DNA of 64,000 bases. Source: Limisphaerales bacterium (lineage in GTDB: Bacteria; Verrucomicrobiota; Verrucomicrobiia; Limisphaerales; UBA8199). Below are positions 38,581-44,494 of the stretch, in pieces. The notes beneath the pieces were generated by a model, which was not told the DNA's origin, did not search any database, and worked only from the letters and a program-made list of their open reading frames with translations. Both the position numbers and the translations under genes were made by a program. Position 1 is the stretch's first letter. Every line of letters starts with the position of its first letter. The stretch covers positions 21,841 to 85,840 of the forward strand of contig JBGALR010000026.1 of the NCBI GenBank assembly GCA_044223735.1, given 5' to 3'.

Positions 38581-38661
38581 TGTTGCAGAGGTCAATCCCT
38601 GTGAGGCTCCGGCGGCTTCGGCCCTCGGTCTTTGTCAGGGTTGGGCGCCAATGAAATTAAA

Positions 38662-38736
38662 TGGTGCGCGATACAGGGTTCGAACCTGTGACCCCTTCCG
38701 TGTCAAGGAAGTGCTCTACCACTGAGCTAACCGCGC
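38662..38736 (-). tRNA. tRNA-Val (anticodon GAC), CCA encoded
   Basis: The reverse complement reads GCGCGGTTAGCTCAGTGGTAGAGCACTTCCTTGACACGGAAGGGGTCACAGGTTCGAACCCTGTATCGCGCACCA. It has a 7-bp acceptor stem (one G-U), the anticodon loop TTGACAC and the T-loop GGTTCGAACC. Confidence 0.9.
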
Positions 38737-39471
38737 AACTGTGTGGAAGGGCGAACGAGAATGGTTGGTTTTCGTCGCCACTCGCCAAATCTGCGAGGGA
38801 GGAAAACTATGCGGGTTTGCGGTCGCTGGCAAGCTGAAATCCTGGTGAAATCCGGGAACGAAGATTTCACCGCGGAGCCGCCGAGGCGCGGAGGGACGGC
38901 ATATTCGGCTGTTTTACGGGCTACGGTTCTGGAGAATGTCCGCCCGCATCGACGTGATGTCGCTCCGCTGGAGCTTCGGGGTGGGAGGCGCGGGGCAACG
39001 GCGATTTCACGCCTATGGCGTGGTAATTTTGCGGCTGGTGCCGTTGTGAAATCGGTGCGGGACGACCATTTTCGATCAAAAAGACTTCCGCGATTTCCGA
39101 TCCTTCCGGGATTGCCGATAAAAGTGCATTTTATGCGATTTAGGCCCTTGCAATGTTCGTTGGCGGGGGTAAGGTCGCGATGTTGGAGTCCCACAAGGGG
39201 CCTGAACGCTGGACCGCGGGGTGGGGCGATTGATCTTTGATATTTGAATTTTGAGGGGATTAACCGCGGAGGCGCGGAGCGCGGAGAGGCAGGACGAGCG
39301 GGCGTCTGAGCTTTGCCTTCTGTGTGCGGGGTGAACCTCCGGTGCCGCATGGTGGTGTCGGGACTTGGCGGCAAGGTGGTCGAGTTTTCTCATCCGTGAA
39401 AATCGTGATAGCCGTGGTCTTCCTTTCTCTACGAGCTCGGCGTCCTCCTGTTAAATTTTGTTTCGGAAAGT

Positions 39472-40076
39472 CCGGCCGTTGGACCATTGGACAGTATTTG
39501 TCCAACCCCCCGGGCTAAGATCGCTGGGTTGGTAGATGTGCTCTTTGAAAATAGCGGTCGGTTGGTGGTAGGGCGGCCTCTCCGAGGGCGCCGGAAGAAA
39601 AATTGATATCTCGGCGGACTCGACGAGTCTGACCGGGCATTCTGCCTTGGCTTACGTCGATAAGAATGTTTGGGCGGTCGCGGTGACCGCCGAGAAACGC
39701 TTTGTTTTTCGGTCCCGCATGCGGGAGAGAGATCGCGCCACCTTCGGAAGGACGGCCCAGTCCAGCCACGTGTACGGGGTTGCGGCCCACTTTGGTCGGG
39801 TTGGGGACGGGTGAGGAAGTGGGCTGGGAACGCGATGGAGGCGCCTTGGTTCGGCCGAGTCGCGGAGCCGTACGGCATGTTGCGCGCCGTTGCGCGGCGC
39901 AGTTCAATGGAGCAAGAAGGAAGTTCTCGAAAATGTAAATTTTACCAAACGAACCCAACTTTGGAAATTCACAAAGTCTTTACTGATAGTGGGTTATGAC
40001 TGATTTTGAGTTTTGCGATTTGGAAAACGAACCCAACTTGGGAATGTGCGTATGCAGATTTTCGAATTTCGAATGG
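39472..40076 (+). repeat. Copy B (full length) of the three-copy conserved non-coding element
   Basis: Block 1 lies at 39481-39510. Block 2 with TGCTCTTTGAAAA lies at about 39516-39554. The hairpin is at 39673-39691, GAGAGATCGC at 39727-39736, GAAGGACGGCC at 39747-39757, block 5 at 39841-39876 and the 3' module at 39927-40076. ORFs across it are frame-inconsistent between copies. Confidence 0.9.
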
Positions 40077-40250
40077 GGAATGGCGAATGGGAAAACCTGG
40101 GCGCAAAACGGGGTGCGATGAATGGGACGGTCTTAAAGGCAATTCGCAGTAATTCGCACCTTATAGCACCTGTTGAAAGTTCGAATGCTGAGTTTCGAAC
40201 GCCGAATGATTAGGCGGAAGGGGCGGTTTGGCGAGGGGGGCGGCGGGGTA

Positions 40251-41195
40251 TCAGCCGTCTTCTTTGCGAGTGGCGAAGTAGTTGCGGACGTATTGGTGCA
40301 TCGCGGGTTTGTCAGAGTTCCAGCGCCAGCCGCCGTGTTCGTCTTCGGCGAGGTCGACGGCGGGGTCGAATAGGAACTCGCTGAATTCGCGATGCCGGTC
40401 GGCGTAACGGCGATCTTTCAAATCGCCATGCCATAAATGAATCAACGTTCCGTCGATGAATCCCAAGCTCCCGTTGATGCGTTCATAATGTTGGCGGGCC
40501 CAGGCCAGGTAGTGCGCGGCCCAGCGATCGTTCATTTGGTTGTATTGGGAGCCGAAGTCGAACCGGCCGAGTTGGGCGCAGAGGATGGCGCGGTTGCCGC
40601 TGCCCATGATACAGGCGTCATAAAACCCGGTTTCAAGTGCGTCGCGCCGTCCGGCCCAGGCGAGGCCGGAGTTCCAGCCTTTGAGTCGCATGTTTTGCAC
40701 GAGCATGGTGGCATCCACGGTTCCCGTGGCCAGGCCGTAGGCGAAGGCGCGGCCGTGGCGGAGGTTGTCGGGATGTTCGAGTTGCTGCGGCGAAACATCG
40801 CGCGCGAGTTCGCAAACATTTTGAAACGGCTGGACGATGGGAAATTTTTCCAGGGCGTCGCAGGTGCGAGCCGCCCAGTCGGCGGACTGAAATATGACGT
40901 CACAATCGAGCCAGGCGATGTTGCGGCAGGCTTGCGGAACGGCACGCAAGGCGAGATTCAACAACCGTTCCTTGTGCCACATGACATCGCGACCGGGAAG
41001 TTGAATGAGGATGTCGGCTTCGTCCCGGCGCAGGTCGAACCTGCCGTCGAGTGAGTGTTCGACGGTTACGAGCGGAATGTTGAGGTGCTCGCGAAAGAGT
41101 CGGTAATTTTGCAGCCGACGTTGATAGCGCTGGGGATTAAAATAGCAGGTGATGGCCCAGAGGGGAGCTGACGGGGATTTCGCGGTTGCGTTCAT
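40251..41195 (-). CDS. Hypothetical protein, possibly a GT-A-fold glycosyltransferase-like enzyme
   Basis: 314 aa with WAITCYFNPQRYQRRLQNYRLFREHL and a DxD-like LDCDVIF. The family was not firmly recognised. Confidence 0.55.
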   Translation of the reverse strand: MNATAKSPSAPLWAITCYFNPQRYQRRLQNYRLFREHLNIPLVTVEHSLDGRFDLRRDEADILIQLPGRDVMWHKERLLNLALRAVPQACRNIAWLDCDVIFQSADWAARTCDALEKFPIVQPFQNVCELARDVSPQQLEHPDNLRHGRAFAYGLATGTVDATMLVQNMRLKGWNSGLAWAGRRDALETGFYDACIMGSGNRAILCAQLGRFDFGSQYNQMNDRWAAHYLAWARQHYERINGSLGFIDGTLIHLWHGDLKDRRYADRHREFSEFLFDPAVDLAEDEHGGWRWNSDKPAMHQYVRNYFATRKEDG

Positions 41196-41851
41196 GCGCG
41201 CACGGCCGCATCGGGAATTCCGGCTCTGCGGACCAGGGTGACGCCGTCAGAGAACGGTAGATCAAACACCTGCCATTGCGCGTCCCGTTTCAGCGTATCA
41301 ATGAAACATTTTACGCGATGCTCGTAGAGACGGTCTGGCCCGTAGATGCGCGACGTGCGAATGCGGACGCTGTCATGAAACAGCATGATTCCGTTCGGCG
41401 CCAGTCGGTCGCGAAACGCTTCGAAATCGTAGCGTGCCTGTTCCTCGGAATGATAGCCGTCGACAAACACAATTCCCAACGGGCCCAGCGCGCGATACGA
41501 TTCGGTTTCCACAAATTGCTGGGTGGTCAGCGGAAAATGTTGGATATTTCGGAGGCCGAAGCTTGCAAAATAATCAGTAACCGCCGATGGGTTTTTCCAG
41601 AAGTCATCGACCAGCGAAGGATCGATGAAAACGACGTGGCCGGCCTCGACGTTGTCTGCCATCGCCTTGCCTAAAACCATCGGGACGAATCCACGAAAGG
41701 AACCGATGACCACAGAAGTCGTGGGCCGTATGACGCGAGCAAGCGAGTAGTACAGCCAGCCCAAACCGAGGTTCAAATCCTCCACGCGCTGGTTGTGACC
41801 CATGCGGGTTAATTCCGGCGAGGCAAACAGCTTGGCGATCCAGTCAGTCAT
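41192..41851 (-). CDS. Class I SAM-dependent methyltransferase-like protein (Methyltransf_24/CmcI-like)
   Basis: 219 aa with VVIGSFRGFVPMVLG, VVFIDP and IVFVDGYHSEEQARYDFEAF...NGIMLFHD. It overlaps the downstream gene as ATGA. Confidence 0.7.
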   Translation of the reverse strand: MTDWIAKLFASPELTRMGHNQRVEDLNLGLGWLYYSLARVIRPTTSVVIGSFRGFVPMVLGKAMADNVEAGHVVFIDPSLVDDFWKNPSAVTDYFASFGLRNIQHFPLTTQQFVETESYRALGPLGIVFVDGYHSEEQARYDFEAFRDRLAPNGIMLFHDSVRIRTSRIYGPDRLYEHRVKCFIDTLKRDAQWQVFDLPFSDGVTLVRRAGIPDAAVRA

Positions 41852-42018
41852 GTGGAGGCACGTTGAAGGCGCGGAGAAGTGTAGGTGGTAAAAGGCATCG
41901 GACGCGCAAGTTGTCAGACTGGCATGAGCGCGTCAACGTTCTCCGCACGGCGTGGCGTCAACTTAAAAGCGACGGCAACTCGCTTGAGATTTGGGGGAGA
42001 CTCGGGTATTTTTGCCCC

Positions 42019-42252
42019 ATGCCGATTTATGAATTTCATTGCGGGAAATGCGAGCAGGACAGTGAAATCCTGGTGCGCTCGAGCAATTGGGAGGGAAGCA
42101 AGTGTCCGCATTGCGGCTCGACCAAACTATCGAAGAAATTCTCGACGTTCGCGTCCGCTGGCGCCGAGAGTGCCGGACCCGGTGGCAACGGTGGAAAAAA
42201 ATCAAGAGGTTGTGGGGGTTGCGGATGCCGGCCGGGGAAGCATAATCACTAA
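42019..42252 (+). CDS. FmdB-family zinc-ribbon protein
   Basis: MPIYEFHCGKCEQDSEILV...SKCPHCGSTKLSKKFS shows the CxxC...CxxC pattern of this family, followed by a Gly/Cys-rich tail. Confidence 0.75.
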   Translation: MPIYEFHCGKCEQDSEILVRSSNWEGSKCPHCGSTKLSKKFSTFASAGAESAGPGGNGGKKSRGCGGCGCRPGKHNH

Positions 42253-42962
42253 GCTTCTGAGCGCCTTTTACGAGAACGGGAGGTTTTGCCAATCACTTCG
42301 TGGGCGTTAACTTCACGAAGGTTGGGAGCAGCCCAATCGGGTCGGTGGGATTTTAGTTCTTCCAATTTCGCTCCGCCAGTGGCGACTGCTAAAACTTTGG
42401 CGCCAATGGCGCGGGCGCAACGGATGTCGAGCGGAGTGTCGCCGATCACCAAAACCTCGTCGCCACTGAGGCGTCTTTTAAGCAGGCGGCTGCCGCGTTG
42501 GAGCGCGACTGCGGCGATTTGATCGCGATCTTCGTGGTCGTCAGCGAAGCCACCGGTTTCAAAGGGGCCCCAGAGATTGCAGTGACGCAGTTTGAGTTCC
42601 GCTCCGAGACGGATGTTTCCCGTCAGGAGCCCGAGGAGGGGTGGTTCCGCCAGCGTTTGGAGTTCGTCGATAAATTCCACCACGCCCGGGCACAAATGTT
42701 TCACGCTGTCCTGCAGGATGTGGTCGAGCCAGAAAACGTAACGCTCGAAAAAGCGTTGAAAGTTTTCCGGCGTGGGGGCGACTTGATGGACATTGAAAAA
42801 CTCGCGGACGAGACTGTAGTCGGTGCGGCCGGCGAATTTTAGTTTCTCAAAACCGTCAACGGCATTGAACTCAGTGGCGAATACTTTCGCAAACGCCTTT
42901 GCTCCCGCACCACTGGTAAGTGCCAGCGTGCCGTCGATATCGAAAAGTACCAGACGCACCAT
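42249..42962 (-). CDS. HAD-superfamily hydrolase (phosphoglycolate-phosphatase-like)
   Basis: MVRLVLFDIDGTL gives motif I. LLTGN and VIGDTPLDIRCA are also present. Confidence 0.85.
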   Translation of the reverse strand: MVRLVLFDIDGTLALTSGAGAKAFAKVFATEFNAVDGFEKLKFAGRTDYSLVREFFNVHQVAPTPENFQRFFERYVFWLDHILQDSVKHLCPGVVEFIDELQTLAEPPLLGLLTGNIRLGAELKLRHCNLWGPFETGGFADDHEDRDQIAAVALQRGSRLLKRRLSGDEVLVIGDTPLDIRCARAIGAKVLAVATGGAKLEELKSHRPDWAAPNLREVNAHEVIGKTSRSRKRRSEA

Positions 42963-43025
42963 GGGCGAAGCAGATACGAAATCTCCCGATCCAATGCAAT
43001 CCCGCGCCGATATATTTCTGCACGG

Positions 43026-43715
43026 CTACCGCTTTTCGTTATATTCGGTTCTGGAATACTTTTGACGGAGAAGATCCGCCGTCATTTGATTCAGTTCATC
43101 GCTGGACATAAATGGCTGCCAACTTGCTCCGAATCGCGACTCGCCGATTTCACACATGGCATTCTCCCACCTATCCTGGATGGCGCCCAGTGAGGCGGGC
43201 TGCACCGAACCTTGAATTAGCAAGCCGTCCCGCGTTCGTCGTTGCGCGGCGCCGGCAATTTTCCGTCCCCGCCACAGCACATCGAATCGTTCGTAGCCTT
43301 GAAAACACTGGCCGGGTAGAGTTTTCAAACAATCGGGAGCGACTTCGGTTTTGATGTCGAGTTTTGCGAACGCGGCTTGAATCCACTCGTGCACCGTACG
43401 GTAGCTGTCGATGGCGGAAAGCGCATACCATTTGTTGGACGGCGGAAATGCGAGGCTGTACGTCCAATCCGCGTCGTGCGGCACCAGACCACCCCCGGTC
43501 GGACGGCGAATGAGTGGACGCAACACGGTGAGCCGTTCGATCTCCGAATGCTTTTGGAAATAGCCGAATGTTGCCGCCGGCTCCGTCCAACCGTAAAAGC
43601 GAAGCACGGGTCCATTCAGTCGTGGTGCTGATTTTAGGAGGGCTTCATCCAAAGCCATGTTGTGGGCGGGGTCACCGACGCCTGATTTGAGAACGTACCA
43701 TGGGCAATTCTTCAT
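43026..43715 (-). CDS. Lipoate-protein ligase / octanoyltransferase family protein (BPL_LplA_LipB)
   Basis: The start was set at MKNCPWYVL (ATG 43713-43715). Supporting motifs are NMALDEALLKS, VLRFYGWTEPAATFGYFQ and RGRKIAGAAQRR. Confidence 0.75.
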   Translation of the reverse strand: MKNCPWYVLKSGVGDPAHNMALDEALLKSAPRLNGPVLRFYGWTEPAATFGYFQKHSEIERLTVLRPLIRRPTGGGLVPHDADWTYSLAFPPSNKWYALSAIDSYRTVHEWIQAAFAKLDIKTEVAPDCLKTLPGQCFQGYERFDVLWRGRKIAGAAQRRTRDGLLIQGSVQPASLGAIQDRWENAMCEIGESRFGASWQPFMSSDELNQMTADLLRQKYSRTEYNEKR

Positions 43716-43737
43716 AGGCAGGACGCGGAATGGCGAC

Positions 43738-44403
43738 TCAATCCTTGTTGGTGACGACGTCGATGCGTGGACACAGCTCGCGAATTTCACAATGTGAGCA
43801 ATCAGGATTGCGAGCGTAGCAGCGGCGGCGACCGTGCCAGATCAGCAGGTGACTGAACAGGGTCCATTTCTCCGACGGGACGAGTTCCATCAAATCGGTC
43901 TCGATCTTTTCAGGTGAGGTTTCCCTCGTCATTCCGAAACGGTGGGACAGCCGGCCGACGTGGGTATCGACGACCAGACCGTGATTGATGTTGAAAGCAT
44001 TGCCCAGCACGACGTTCGCCGTTTTGCGGCCAACGCCACCGAGCGCGGTCAGTTCATCCATCGTTTGCGGCACTTTGCCGTCGTGCTTTTCGACGAGGGC
44101 GTTGCATGCGGCCTTGATGTTCTTGGCTTTGTTGCGAAAAAAGCCCGTGGTTTTGACGTCCTGCTCGAGGTCGGAAAGCTCGGCGGCGGCGTAGTCTCTG
44201 GCAGTGTGATATTTCTTGAAGAGATCGGTGGTGACGATGTTCACGCGCTTGTCAGTGCACTGCGCCGAGAGAATGGTGGCAACCAAAAGCTCCAGCGGCG
44301 TCGTATGGTTCAGTTCACAATGGGCGTCCGGGTATGCCTTTTCCAGTGCGGCAATAATCTTCCGCAGGCGCGCCGCTTTTTGTTCTTTGGATTCCCGGGG
44401 CAT
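43738..44403 (-). CDS. nth: Endonuclease III (DNA-(apurinic or apyrimidinic site) lyase)
   Basis: Contains the HhH-GPD pattern (LTALGGVGRKTANVVLGNAF, VDTHV) and the C-terminal 4Fe-4S cluster motif CYARNPDCSHCEIRELC. Confidence 0.9.
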   Translation of the reverse strand: MPRESKEQKAARLRKIIAALEKAYPDAHCELNHTTPLELLVATILSAQCTDKRVNIVTTDLFKKYHTARDYAAAELSDLEQDVKTTGFFRNKAKNIKAACNALVEKHDGKVPQTMDELTALGGVGRKTANVVLGNAFNINHGLVVDTHVGRLSHRFGMTRETSPEKIETDLMELVPSEKWTLFSHLLIWHGRRRCYARNPDCSHCEIRELCPRIDVVTNKD

Positions 44404-44494
44404 GGTGCAACGAAGTCCACGGTTCGGGTGGCCGCTGTCGAGCACCTGAACCGTGGTGAAATGTTATACAAGCAAAGGCGTTCGGAAAGCCTGA

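Noticed and set aside
38727-39374. 215-aa minus-strand ORF between tRNA-Val and copy B
   Set aside because: The translation is Arg/Pro/Ser-rich and low-complexity, overlaps the tRNA end and has no motif. The region is better described as non-coding with short repeats.
39465-39475. GGAAAGTCCGG, resembling the RNase P RNA P4 consensus, just 5' of copy B
   Set aside because: It is present only at copy B and not at A or C. None of the other conserved RNase P regions (GGGUGAAA..GGUAAGAGC, ACAGAA.CCGGCUUA) follow.
39841-39880. Block 5 (GGTTCGGCCGAGTCGCGGAGCCGTACGGC) resembling group II intron domain V (GAGCCGTA...TACGGTTC)
   Set aside because: The GAGCCGTAC and GGTTC pieces are in the wrong order to form the domain V helix. 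There is no GTGYG 5' end, no RT/maturase ORF and no other intron domains.
39472-40076. The element as a genuine rRNA operon leader (boxA-like motif, and a vague GAGTTTTGCGATTTGG resemblance to the 16S 5' end)
   Set aside because: No 16S, 23S or 5S sequence follows any of the three copies, and the similarity to the 16S 5' end is too weak. The boxA-like motif is kept as a separate finding.
40071-40090. GAATGG repeated three times with 7-nt periodicity, and TTCGAA-rich sequence, as a possible CRISPR or satellite
   Set aside because: It is far too short, has no spacer-repeat architecture and no cas genes are nearby. It is treated as the tail of the repeat element.
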